DNA of 64,000 nucleotides from Chloroflexota bacterium (lineage in GTDB: Bacteria; Chloroflexota; Dehalococcoidia; Lucifugimonadales; UBA2985), in the NCBI GenBank assembly GCA_027622595.1, contig JAQBZZ010000005.1:82-64081 (forward strand). The letters run 5' to 3'. Each line of letters opens with the position of its first letter. Within the stretch, counting starts at the first letter, position 1. The notes beneath the pieces are model-generated. The model ran no database searches, was not told the origin of the DNA, and saw only the letters and a program-made list of their open reading frames with translations. Shown in pieces: positions 46,796-55,657 of the stretch. A program made the translations under genes and the position numbers.

Positions 46796-46828
46796 ACAAC
46801 TCACCAGACCGATAGTCTGGTGAGTTGT
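46796..46828 (-). terminator. perfect 14-bp hairpin (second of a tandem pair)
   Basis: ACAACTCACCAGAC cgata GTCTGGTGAGTTGT. Confidence 0.45.
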
Positions 46829-46850
46829 CATCACGTGCTATTTCGTAAAC

Positions 46851-46874
46851 GTAGCCAAATCGGGATTTGGCTAC
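46851..46874 (-). terminator. perfect 11-bp hairpin 2 nt after the micro-ORF stop
   Basis: GTAGCCAAATC gg GATTTGGCTAC. Confidence 0.45.
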
Positions 46875-46876
46875 TC

Positions 46877-46945
46877 TTAACGCTTTGGGTAAGGTGGCAC
46901 TGGGGCCGGCTTGCTATCGGCTTCGCATCCGCAACTGTCACACAT
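46877..46945 (-). CDS. 22-codon Cys/Pro-rich micro-ORF
   Basis: Hand translation MCDSCGCEADSKPAPVPPYPKR. SD GGAGGAGGG 7 nt upstream. Has its own promoter-like boxes and two downstream hairpins. Confidence 0.3.
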   Translation of the reverse strand: MCDSCGCEADSKPAPVPPYPKR

Positions 46946-46979
46946 GGCTTGTCCCTCCTCCGTAAAGTGTTAGGTCAAC

Positions 46980-47008
46980 ATTGTGACATGTTGGGAGCTA
47001 AATTGCAA
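46980..47008 (-). promoter_or_regulatory. promoter-like TTGCAA-17-CACAAT upstream of the micro-ORF
   Basis: Hexamers score 5/6 and 4/6 with a 17-nt spacer. The -10 lies about 35 nt before the ATG. Confidence 0.35.
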
Positions 47009-47149
47009 CTAAAGCTTTCTAACCATGCGACACTGGTGTCGCGGGAAAGCGAACTCTTCCTTCATGGATAAGTTGCAAGGCATTATTACCTGGTGAGTGG
47101 CAGCGCTGTTTAGACAGTCGCCTTATCTGGAAAGCATCGAGTGCCTTCG

Positions 47150-48754
47150 TTATGTCAGATAGCCCTTGAGCTTCTCGGAATGCCTGGGGTGCCGGAGTTT
47201 CCGCAGGGCCTTGGCCTCTATCTGACGTATCCGTTCCCGGGTCACACCAAATCCCCGGCCCACTTCTTCCAGGGTACGGCTGCGACCATCCTCCAGGCCA
47301 AACCTGAGCTGCAAGACACGTTTTTCGCGATCGTTCAGGCTGTCCAGGGTTTTGCTTATCTGTTCCTTAAGGAGTTGGAAGCTGGTGGCGTCCTCCGGCG
47401 CCAGGGCTGAATGGTCCTCTATAAAGTCGCCAAGGTGAGAATCTCCCTCCTCACCGATAGGAGTCTCCAGAGAGATGGACGCCTGGGATATTTTCCGTAT
47501 CTCCTGGACCTTATGTGGTGGGATGTCCATCTCCCAGCCGATTTCCTCGTCGGTGGGATCCCTCCCATACTCCTGGACCAGCCTCTGGGTAGCCTGCCAG
47601 AGCTTGTTGACCCTCTCCACCATGTGGACGGGAATCCGTATGGTCCTGGCCTGGTCGGCTATGGCGCGGGTGATGGCCTGTCGTATCCACCATGTGGCGT
47701 ATGTAGAGAACTTGAACCCCTTGCGATAGGCGAATTTTTCCACGGCTCTCATGAGGCCGGCATTACCTTCCTGGACAAGGTCAAGCAGGTCCATGCCTCT
47801 TCCTATGTATTTCTTAGCCACACTGACCACCAGTCGCAGGTTAGCCTCAATCATGTGTTGTTGTGCCACAAGGCCTTCGGCCTTCATCCTGTCCAGGTAT
47901 ATATTGGACTTGAACTCGTAGGGAACAAGCTGCCTGCTCAAGACTCCTTCGCCCAAAATGGCGTCCAACTGGTCAAGCGTGCAACTCTCATCGACAACGT
48001 CCAGTACACCGGGTGGCAAGAGCCGGCTGTTGAGCGATAGGCATATGACGCCGGACTCAATTTCTTCCAGAGTCTTGCCCGCGTAGTTGGCTACGGTCTG
48101 CATTTTCTCGTGGTCTATTGGCGAGTCAACAGCCGCGCGGAACTGCTGGTTGGAGACAATCTCCTGCAATGGCATTGGGGACGGAATTTCGTGCTTCCAG
48201 GCCAAGGCCTCCGCCACGAATCCCAGCCTGGAGCATTCGGTAAACATCCGGAGCACAATGTCGCTGGTCTTGGGTGGCGTGCCTTGAGGAGAAGCGAGTT
48301 CCTTCTCCAAGCGTTCTATATACTTCCAGCTTTCTATTGACTGAGCCAGACGCCGCTCATCCGATGCGGTCAATAGCGATACCCTGCTTATTTCACGCAT
48401 ATACATTCGTACGGGGTCATCTATCACATCGAAAGCATCCAGGGCTTCGGTTGAAAGACTGGCCTTCGCAGGTTTTTTCACATCGCTGGTGGTATTGGCT
48501 GATGTGTCGTCTTTGGAGCGCGGCTCCTCTTCATCTTCTTCCTCGTCCTCTTCCACATCTACATCGGCGACGAGTTGGGAATGGGAGTCAATGAGAGACA
48601 CCTCGGGTTCGCCCTCAACATTTGAGAAAGCGTTCGGCACAAGTTCTCGAAGTTCCTCTATTTTGGGGGCACTCACCAATGACTCAGTGAGTTCTTCTTC
48701 GGTCTCCTCGTACCCTGATATGGCAACATATCCGCCTGGTCCAGACTTTTTCAT
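47150..48754 (-). CDS. rpoD: primary RNA polymerase sigma factor
   Basis: 534 aa. Acidic N-terminal region, region 2.4 [14 protein letters not shown], region 4.2 [29 protein letters not shown]. Confidence 0.93.
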   Translation of the reverse strand: MKKSGPGGYVAISGYEETEEELTESLVSAPKIEELRELVPNAFSNVEGEPEVSLIDSHSQLVADVDVEEDEEEDEEEPRSKDDTSANTTSDVKKPAKASLSTEALDAFDVIDDPVRMYMREISRVSLLTASDERRLAQSIESWKYIERLEKELASPQGTPPKTSDIVLRMFTECSRLGFVAEALAWKHEIPSPMPLQEIVSNQQFRAAVDSPIDHEKMQTVANYAGKTLEEIESGVICLSLNSRLLPPGVLDVVDESCTLDQLDAILGEGVLSRQLVPYEFKSNIYLDRMKAEGLVAQQHMIEANLRLVVSVAKKYIGRGMDLLDLVQEGNAGLMRAVEKFAYRKGFKFSTYATWWIRQAITRAIADQARTIRIPVHMVERVNKLWQATQRLVQEYGRDPTDEEIGWEMDIPPHKVQEIRKISQASISLETPIGEEGDSHLGDFIEDHSALAPEDATSFQLLKEQISKTLDSLNDREKRVLQLRFGLEDGRSRTLEEVGRGFGVTRERIRQIEAKALRKLRHPRHSEKLKGYLT

Positions 48755-48972
48755 GCAGGCACCAACCTTGAATAGCTAGACATTTGACTGATCTGAAAGG
48801 GTAGAACCTTGAGTCAATCGGGACACGCCATCACGAGACTGGCATACGTGCTACGAACGTTATTACGGCAAACGTTATTCTGGGGCCGCTCTACGGTGTG
48901 CTGGCGCCTGCGGCACAAACGGCTCACCTATGGCAAGTCAACCTGTGCGCAGGCGAACATCACATCACATTT

Positions 48973-49317
48973 CTACCAGCGAGAGCCGCGACCGCCGCCA
49001 CCACCGCCACTATTTCCTCCATACCCACCGCCGCTGCCGCCGCTGCCACCACCAAAGCTGCTGCGCTCCGGCCGAGGTCGCGCCTCGTTGACCGTTATGC
49101 TGCGTCCGCCGAACTCCTTGCCGTTGAGTGCGCCGATTGCCGCTTGGGCTTCCGCACCGGTTGGCATTTCAACAAAGGCAAAGCCCTTGGAGCGGCCTGT
49201 GTCGCGGTCCTGCATCATTGCAACTTCTTGCACCGTGCCGTGGGCTTCAAAAGCCTCTCGTAGCTCCTGCTCTCTCGTGTCAAATCCAAAGTTACCTACG
49301 TAAATCCTCAATTTCAT
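48973..49317 (-). CDS. RRM-type RNA-binding protein with Gly-rich tail
   Basis: 114 aa from ATG 49317. RNP2 IYVGNF and RNP1 KGFAFVEM. The 224-aa track ORF is an unsupported 5' extension. Confidence 0.9.
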   Translation of the reverse strand: MKLRIYVGNFGFDTREQELREAFEAHGTVQEVAMMQDRDTGRSKGFAFVEMPTGAEAQAAIGALNGKEFGGRSITVNEARPRPERSSFGGGSGGSGGGYGGNSGGGGGGRGSRW

Positions 49318-49402
49318 TTCCTCTCTTGTTGCTCGGTGGTACTTGCCCACCGGCACTTGGTACGGGGGGGCGATTGCCGCCCCCTCCGTTTCTATTGCTC
49401 TA

Positions 49403-49714
49403 TTACCAGCTTGGCCGTGTGGACGTCCGCTGCTCGCTGAAGCAATCGCTGCAGTAAACAGGGCGGTCGCCACGGGGCTGGAACGGAACGGTGGTGTTCT
49501 TGCCGCATTCGGCGCATACCACTGGATGCATCTCACGTGCGCCCTGGCTTTCACCACCACCGCGTTCGTTGCGGCGTGTCTGACGACAGGAGTCGCAGCG
49601 CTTGGGCTCGTTGGTGAAACCCTTCGTCGCGTGATACGCTTGATCATCCGCGCTGAAGGTGAACGACTGCCCGCAGTCCTGGCATGTAAGGTTCTTGTCC
49701 TCGTAGTTATTCAT
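49403..49714 (-). CDS. double zinc-ribbon protein with CxxC-x17-CxxC motif
   Basis: 103 aa from ATG 49714 with a GGAG SD. CQDC...CDSC and CAEC-x17-CSDC. Confidence 0.8.
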   Translation of the reverse strand: MNNYEDKNLTCQDCGQSFTFSADDQAYHATKGFTNEPKRCDSCRQTRRNERGGGESQGAREMHPVVCAECGKNTTVPFQPRGDRPVYCSDCFSEQRTSTRPSW

Positions 49715-50014
49715 CGGTGAACTCCTTTCTACAGTAGTTGGCGAAAGTCTGGTCACCGATAACTGGAATGCTCTGGATAATCCGGTGGACACGCAAGAAC
49801 CCGGTTAAGGGTCCGAAGAGGGCACAGGGGACGCTACAAAGAACCTGATGTGGGGACGCATACACTGCCACTGAAGGGCAGTATACCACAGATCACAGAA
49901 AATTGCTTGGGTGCTCCAACCACAATCAACAGCCTCTACCGGACTACGCCAAATGCTCATACTGTCATGGACCCGACTGTGGGTTCCCTGTTGTGCCCCA
50001 ATTCCAGTAAAACA

Positions 50015-50084
50015 CTCAGCTGTGGGAGTGTTTACCGGTTATGTGAGTGCTCATCAATCGCTCACTCCCACTCCCACAGCTGAG
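50015..50084. repeat. 16-bp perfect inverted repeat separated by 38 nt
   Basis: CTCAGCTGTGGGAGTG (50015-50030) and CACTCCCACAGCTGAG (50069-50084). Confidence 0.7.
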
Positions 50085-50202
50085 GAGAGGAGGAGATATG
50101 TGCTTTAATTCAGTCCTGAATTATTTCGGGCGTCATGTACCTGAAATATCTAGGTCATGCTCTCCGCCCTGTGTTTAGCCCCGTTCGTCCCCGTGGGCAT
50201 CT

Positions 50203-50233
50203 GGAGGAGGAGCGGCGAAGCCGCTCCTCCTCC
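50203..50233. other. perfect 14-bp GC-rich hairpin
   Basis: GGAGGAGGAGCGGC gaa GCCGCTCCTCCTCC. Confidence 0.7.
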
Positions 50234-50325
50234 ACCCTCGCTCTCTCAGCCGTTGACCTCTTGTTGCGTATGGCTTCTGCGTGCAGGCAGCCATCTTGAA
50301 CGACTTCTCCAACTTGTCTTCCATG

Positions 50326-50493
50326 CTACCTGAACTCCACCTCTATCTGACCATCTCGCCAGATGTATACCGACTTCACGATCGTCTGTAAGAGTGCCTT
50401 GGCGTGGGTGATGTCCATGCCCTTGATGTCCTCCAGGAAAGACTTCACCTTCACCGGCACACTCTTGGCCCGGGCTTCTCTGTCCCGCCGTTG
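50326..50493 (-). pseudogene. C-terminal tail resembling a large serine recombinase
   Basis: Hand translation ...RRDREARAKSVPVKVKSFLEDIKGMDITHAKALLQTIVKSVYIWRDGQIEVEFR-stop. Matches the remembered ...LL..I..I.V..DG.IEI.F recombinase C-termini. There is no upstream catalytic domain. Confidence 0.35.
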
Positions 50494-50678
50494 CTCCACA
50501 GCAGCACCTTGCAGAGCCTCGTGTGGTGTAGTCCCCGGTAGGTTGGCAAGGCCGGGTCCTCGTCCAGAGAGACAACCGCCACGTTAAAGGGTACATCGCC
50601 CTTGCGCCGTACCACACGGGTGTTGTGGCATCTGGAGTTACTGAGCGCGCAAATACTCCCTAGAACCGTGTTTTCGAA
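50494..50678 (-). pseudogene. frameshifted fragment of a DUF35 OB-fold paralogue
   Basis: Frame A reads GDVPFNVAVVSLDEDP. It then shifts by one base to LPGTTPHEALQGAAVE. The intact copy has QPFNVAVVMLDEDQG...LTGTPVDKVPVGAAVE. The zinc-ribbon part is missing. Confidence 0.55.
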
Positions 50679-50714
50679 CTTGTGGTAGAATGGGCTGATC
50701 ATCAGGAGGCCATT

Positions 50715-51365
50715 ATGGATTGCTGCCAATGCCAGGGCATCGAAAAAACATTTGATAGGAAAACCGCCGCAAGGAACCTGAAGCAGTATAGAAGGAAAGG
50801 GCCAAACCGATCGACGGCGACATTATTGGAGGCCCTCAAAGAGCAGGGGATAGATGGCCTGAGCCTTTTGGACATCGGGGGTGGTGTGGGAGCAATCCAA
50901 CACGAGCTTCTGAAAGCTGGTGTTGCGACTGCTGTGGGGGTCGACGCATCGTCGGCATATATTGAAGCAGCGAAGGAAGAAGCCCGAAGACAGGGACATG
51001 ACGACCGGGTGTCTTACCAGTTCGGCAACTTTGTAGACCTGGCGAAAGACCTGAAACCCGCTGATATTGTGACCCTGGACAGGGTAATCTGCTGCTATCA
51101 CGACGCTCTATTGCTGGTGGGAATGTCCGGCAACCTCGCCAGCAAGTACTATGGGGTCGTCTATCCCAGGGATACGTGGTGGGTAAAGCTGGGCTGGAGG
51201 GTGGCTGGCACGTTGGCTGGGCTGGTCATGCGCATGTTGCGAAATCCCTTCCGCAGCTATCTGCATTCGTCCAGAGAGGTAAACTCGATCTTGACGGACA
51301 TGGGTTTTCAACAACGCTTTCGTTCGACTCAAGGCATATGGCAAATCATCGTATACGCACGGTGA
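50715..51365 (+). CDS. class I SAM-dependent methyltransferase
   Basis: 216 aa from ATG 50715 with an AGGAGG SD. Motif I LLDIGGGVGA. Confidence 0.8.
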   Translation: MDCCQCQGIEKTFDRKTAARNLKQYRRKGPNRSTATLLEALKEQGIDGLSLLDIGGGVGAIQHELLKAGVATAVGVDASSAYIEAAKEEARRQGHDDRVSYQFGNFVDLAKDLKPADIVTLDRVICCYHDALLLVGMSGNLASKYYGVVYPRDTWWVKLGWRVAGTLAGLVMRMLRNPFRSYLHSSREVNSILTDMGFQQRFRSTQGIWQIIVYAR

Positions 51366-51455
51366 AAACGTCACGACCTGGCCGTGAGCGAATATAGGTA
51401 CTTGATGACGCGGCAGTAGCAGCATAGGTGATATTGAAGACGTAGATGGACAAGC

Positions 51456-52685
51456 GTGGATAGATCAGAAGAAACCGCCATACAACCCAAAGAGGCCAGC
51501 CCGTATCGCTGGATTATCGGAGCAGCGCTTCTACCTCTTCACGTTGCCATTGGGCTAAATCTGTTTGCTCCGGCTCCCTTATTTCCTCTCATCAGGGAGG
51601 ACTACCTCCTGAGCAGGGGGCTTGTCAGCCTTCTCCTTGTCCTGGTGTTCCTGTCTTTCACCGTCTTTCTCATCCCTGGTGGCCTGATTGCCGCCAGGAT
51701 AGGCACAAGGAAAGCCATCATCGTAAGCAGCTTCCTCATGGCTGCTGGTGCATTCGCCGTGATGACACCCAACTTTGCAGCTCTGCTACCCCTCAGAGTA
51801 GTCTTTGGAATGGGAGGAGGCATACTTTTCCCCGCCACCTCCAGCGTCATCGTACAGTGGTTCAGGCCAAACGAGCGTCCCATCTTGAATGCTCTTTTTC
51901 TAGCCGGGCAGGGCACCGGGGTTGCAACGGCCATGTTCATCAGCGTGCCTCTGGCCGACGCACTTGAATGGCGCATGGTATTCACGATCTATGGGCTTTT
52001 CGCCCTCTTGGGAGCCACTGTCTGGCTTCTACTGGGACGCACTCCACCTCTTGGAACAGCCCCTGTTGAAGCATTGCCAATGAGGGCGGTCCTGGGAGTC
52101 CTGAAGGAGAGGAATACCCTCCTGCTGTCCCTTGCACTCGTCGGCCCCTTCGCCATGTTCATCGGCTACAGCTCCTGGCTACCCACCTACTACAACGAGG
52201 AGTTCGACATGCCCCTCCGGCAAGGGAACTCACTCCTGGCAATTCCTCCGCTTATGGGGATAGTGGTGAACATTCTCTCGGGATTCTTACTTGCACGCTT
52301 GGGACTGCGCAGACCGATGCTGCTGATTCCAGGCCTGTTATTCCCTGTGAGCGCCTTTGGGGCCTTCTACTTCGATAGTACCCCTGTGATCATCGGGGCT
52401 ATCCTCCTTATGGGGCTCTCGTTCTGGCTGTTTCTGCCCACCGTGCTCACCATTGCGATGGAGCTTCCAGGAGTTTCGTCGAACAAGGTGGCCATGATCA
52501 CAGCCGCAGCCCTGACCTTCGGCAACCTATCCACCATCGTCGCCCCATTATTTGTGGGAGTAACCACCGACATGTTGGGGTCGTACACGCCAAGTATGTC
52601 TGTGTTGGCAGTACTCCCTCTCAGCGCAGTCCTTGCGGCCAGACTACTACCTGAAACGGGTCCTAAGGGAAAACGTAGCAGTTAA
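51456..52685 (+). CDS. MFS transporter
   Basis: 409 aa, 12 TM segments. Confidence 0.85.
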   Translation: MDRSEETAIQPKEASPYRWIIGAALLPLHVAIGLNLFAPAPLFPLIREDYLLSRGLVSLLLVLVFLSFTVFLIPGGLIAARIGTRKAIIVSSFLMAAGAFAVMTPNFAALLPLRVVFGMGGGILFPATSSVIVQWFRPNERPILNALFLAGQGTGVATAMFISVPLADALEWRMVFTIYGLFALLGATVWLLLGRTPPLGTAPVEALPMRAVLGVLKERNTLLLSLALVGPFAMFIGYSSWLPTYYNEEFDMPLRQGNSLLAIPPLMGIVVNILSGFLLARLGLRRPMLLIPGLLFPVSAFGAFYFDSTPVIIGAILLMGLSFWLFLPTVLTIAMELPGVSSNKVAMITAAALTFGNLSTIVAPLFVGVTTDMLGSYTPSMSVLAVLPLSAVLAARLLPETGPKGKRSS

Positions 52686-52752
52686 CTTTTCCCCAATGCT
52701 TCAGCCAGAGTCCTGGCTACCTGAGCATGAGGGTGTCCCAAGCGGCTTGCTG

Positions 52753-54618
52753 CTACTGTGGTTTGCCATACCTGGCGAGGATTGTAGTCATAGCTTGTCG
52801 CAGATCGTTTAATTTTGCTGGTTTGCTCATAACCATGTTTACACCAGCGGGAAGCTCCCCAGAGGATTTGATGATATCTCCGAATCCGGATAGCAGGATG
52901 ACGGGAGTCCCAGGCTCTTCATCCTTGATGCTGACGGCCAGCTGGTCTCCACTCATCTCCGGCATGGCCCAGTCGGTGATGACGACATCGAAATTGCCCT
53001 GGCGGAATGCTTCCAGGCCTTCGCGCCCGTTTGACGCAGTCTCCACAACGTGTCCCTCGCCTTCCAGGAACTCACTCAACACTTGAAGAGCCATGGGTTC
53101 ATCGTCCACGGCCAGTATACGGAGCACGCGGCCGCTCTCTCCGTTGCGGTCTGCACCATCCGGCCCTGGTAGCGATTGTGCGACAATCGGCAGCCTTATG
53201 CTAAAGGTTGTTCCCTGACCTTCAACGCTCTCAATGTCCAAGAATCCGTCGTGCCGTTGGGCAATGCCGTGAACCATGGCCAGACCCATCCCTGTTCCTC
53301 CCACGCCCTTGGTGGTGAAGAATGGCTCCATACACCGGATTCTGACCTCCTCGGTCATCCCAATGCCTGTGTCGCTTATCTCAAGGGCACCATACCCGTC
53401 GTGATTTCGTGTGCGGAGGGTTATTGTGCCGCCCTTGGGCATTGCATCCACAGCGTTGAGGATCAGGTTGACCACGGCCTGGCGAAGCTCTGACTCGTTG
53501 CCGGATATTGGACCGGCTTCCTCCAGCATTGTCTCCACAGTGATGGTAATCCCACTCATGAGTGCCTGGTCTCTCCACTTGGGCTGCGTAAGAGTTATAG
53601 CCTGGGATACCATGGATTCCAGGTCCACCGGCGAAAACTCCTCGTTTTCTTCCCGCTTGCGATAGAACTCCCTCATTCGGCTTACTACGTGCGCCGCGTC
53701 CTCTGCTCCCATGCTGATCATTTGGAGATAATTTCTTGTTTTCTCTACATCTGCCAAATTCTCTGGTCGGCTGAGCAGCAGTTCGGTAAAGCCTAAAATT
53801 GGTACGAGCGCGTTGTTGAAATCGTGGGCAATCCCGCTCGCCATCTGTCCCAACGCGCTCAACCTTGCCTGTTGGATCAGGCTTTGTTGGGTCTGCTTCA
53901 ATTCCGCAAGTGCTTCCTCCAAGCGGCGGTTGCTCTCTGCCATCAGCCTCTGGTCCTCAACAGCCTGGCTGTGCCCGCGACCGATAACTCTGTCCGCCCT
54001 GAGCACTATCAGGAAGAGCAATACCACGAGGGCAACGCCCATGGAACCGGAGCCGATGAGCGCATTCGTGATGCTTGTCCTTTCGGCTGCGGCAAGTTTG
54101 TCGGTTATGTCCCGAGTGATCTCCAGAACACCGAGCGGCTCTCCCTCTATCAAAGAAGCGGGGCCTGCATCTGATAGCGGGGAATAGGTGATCGTCACAT
54201 CGATTAGGCGATCGGTCTCGTCCGTGGCGGTCAGCATCTGGTCCCACACCAGAGAGGAGGATGGTAGGTAGTGTTGTAACGTCCACTGGTATCCGCTTGG
54301 CACCGCCCTTGATGCACCAACGGTCGAGGGGTCGGTGCTGTACAGAACAGTCCCATTAATGTCCAGTAGGCTAATCTGGACTATCGGTAGGCCAAAAGAG
54401 GTCTTTTGGGCGAAGACCTCTAGCAGGGTTGGATCGATGTCTTGCAAGGGGGAGCCAGGAATTAGCTCCTTGCTGGGTAACCAAACGTCGCTGTAGAAGA
54501 TGGAAGAAAAATGCACAGCCTGCTGCTTGTTTTGGGACTCCAATTCACGGGCGAAACTCTCCCTGGTAAATTGCACGAACAGGTACGCCGTCAGGGCCAT
54601 GACGGCTCCCACAGCCAA
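52753..54618 (-). CDS. hybrid sensor histidine kinase (HisKA-HATPase-receiver)
   Basis: 621 aa. H-box SGIAHDFNNAL, ATPase N/G boxes, C-terminal receiver (ILAVDDE, DWAMPEMSG). The first TM helix is cut by ATG 54618, so the true start may be the TTG a few codons upstream. Confidence 0.88.
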   Translation of the reverse strand: MAVGAVMALTAYLFVQFTRESFARELESQNKQQAVHFSSIFYSDVWLPSKELIPGSPLQDIDPTLLEVFAQKTSFGLPIVQISLLDINGTVLYSTDPSTVGASRAVPSGYQWTLQHYLPSSSLVWDQMLTATDETDRLIDVTITYSPLSDAGPASLIEGEPLGVLEITRDITDKLAAAERTSITNALIGSGSMGVALVVLLFLIVLRADRVIGRGHSQAVEDQRLMAESNRRLEEALAELKQTQQSLIQQARLSALGQMASGIAHDFNNALVPILGFTELLLSRPENLADVEKTRNYLQMISMGAEDAAHVVSRMREFYRKREENEEFSPVDLESMVSQAITLTQPKWRDQALMSGITITVETMLEEAGPISGNESELRQAVVNLILNAVDAMPKGGTITLRTRNHDGYGALEISDTGIGMTEEVRIRCMEPFFTTKGVGGTGMGLAMVHGIAQRHDGFLDIESVEGQGTTFSIRLPIVAQSLPGPDGADRNGESGRVLRILAVDDEPMALQVLSEFLEGEGHVVETASNGREGLEAFRQGNFDVVITDWAMPEMSGDQLAVSIKDEEPGTPVILLSGFGDIIKSSGELPAGVNMVMSKPAKLNDLRQAMTTILARYGKPQ

Positions 54619-54872
54619 AAAGCTTGCTGCCAGGAAGTAACGCAGTAATGGGAATCTTGCAGAGGTCTAAACCACTCTACCTCCCGTTCACCTTCCAGCC
54701 TATCATTTGAGGCTCCAGCCAATGTACTGTTGCTGAATGCCGATAGGCTTCCCCATGGCCTTAGGAGAGATTATATCACGATGGATTCCTGTGCACGTGT
54801 GCTCTTAATCGAAATTGTTTTGGGTGCCCTGCAAGAAAAGGGACACGCAATTTGAATATTTGAATAAATAAT

Positions 54873-55310
54873 CTATTGCTCAGGTATGTTGCCGCAGGCC
54901 GTATAGGTGCGGATTCCTGGAACGGACAGGTGGAGGTTGATGGCCTGGTTGCCATTCCTGAGGCTGGCCATGGTGGCATCCAACGTAGTAGTGGACACGC
55001 CCGCGGACATGTTTTCCAAGGTATGGGCGACAGCGCCGAGCCGTGGGCCACACTTACCAAAGTGCACATGAAGTGGTTGGGGATCGTTGTCAGGCGGGCC
55101 GGGATTGACATGAATGACGATCTGAGTCTGGTCGCCAATTGCCGTCAGGGTTGCGGTCCCGGACTGGGCAGAACCATCAATTTCAACAAGTTGGACCACC
55201 AGTTCACGTTCTTCACGTCCGCAAGCCGAAGCGAACAGAATTAGCAAAACACATCCCAGGAATAGTAATCCCCAACGCCGGGTTGTGTGGAGGTGCATTA
55301 TTGGCTTCAT
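54873..55310 (-). CDS. secreted lipoprotein, weakly CHRD-like
   Basis: Signal peptide with lipobox LFASAC. PLHVHFGKCG and AINLH resemble CHRD HxH motifs, but the functional call is weak. Confidence 0.55.
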   Translation of the reverse strand: MKPIMHLHTTRRWGLLFLGCVLLILFASACGREERELVVQLVEIDGSAQSGTATLTAIGDQTQIVIHVNPGPPDNDPQPLHVHFGKCGPRLGAVAHTLENMSAGVSTTTLDATMASLRNGNQAINLHLSVPGIRTYTACGNIPEQ

Positions 55311-55453
55311 GTTCTGTCCAACCATAGGTACTTTACCATATAAGCATCCAATGGGGTAATCTTTAGCGGGAAGCCAACAGAAAGCACAAGTTGGACTGTT
55401 CCGGCATGGGGGACATCTTTGTGTAGCCGCAAATATGCCTGAGGTACCCAGGA

Positions 55454-55482
55454 TTGACCTGTTTCGCTGATGAACCTACAAT
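55454..55482 (+). promoter_or_regulatory. sigma-70-type promoter TTGACC-17-TACAAT
   Basis: Near-consensus hexamers about 60 nt upstream of the 37-codon ORF. Confidence 0.5.
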
Positions 55483-55543
55483 TCCAGGCGCCTGGTACAT
55501 TTCAGATACACTTCGGATCCACTAGCGAGAGGGAGGCAGTCCC

Positions 55544-55657
55544 ATGAAACGATTGGTGTCCGCCACAATACCGGGGTTGCCGATGACCATTCTCTTTGGA
55601 GCCTTCCTGATGACAAGCCGCGTTACAATCTGCCAACTGAGACGGCAACCAGCATGA
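55544..55657 (+). CDS. 37-aa hydrophobic small protein (below ORF-track cutoff)
   Basis: Hand translation MKRLVSATIPGLPMTILFGAFLMTSRVTICQLRRQPA. SD GGGAGG 7 nt upstream. Stop overlaps the next ATG (ATGA). Confidence 0.45.
   Translation: MKRLVSATIPGLPMTILFGAFLMTSRVTICQLRRQPA

Noticed and set aside
46577-46834. 85-aa minus-strand ORF in the rpoD-DUF35 spacer
   Set aside because: It has no SD, runs through both arms of the 14-bp hairpin and the (TATC)3 run, and its product has no features. It is probably chance.
48973-49647. 224-aa version of the RRM gene from the ORF track
   Set aside because: The upstream 110 codons are Ala/Arg-rich, overlap the 3' part of the zinc-ribbon gene on the same strand in another frame, and have no SD. 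The RRM begins at MKLRIYVGNF (ATG 49317).
50246-50729. Track ORFs 50246..50617 and 50451..50729 as real genes
   Set aside because: They are alternative frames across the DUF35/recombinase scar. Homology switches frame at about 50540, indicating a frameshifted pseudogene rather than two overlapping genes.
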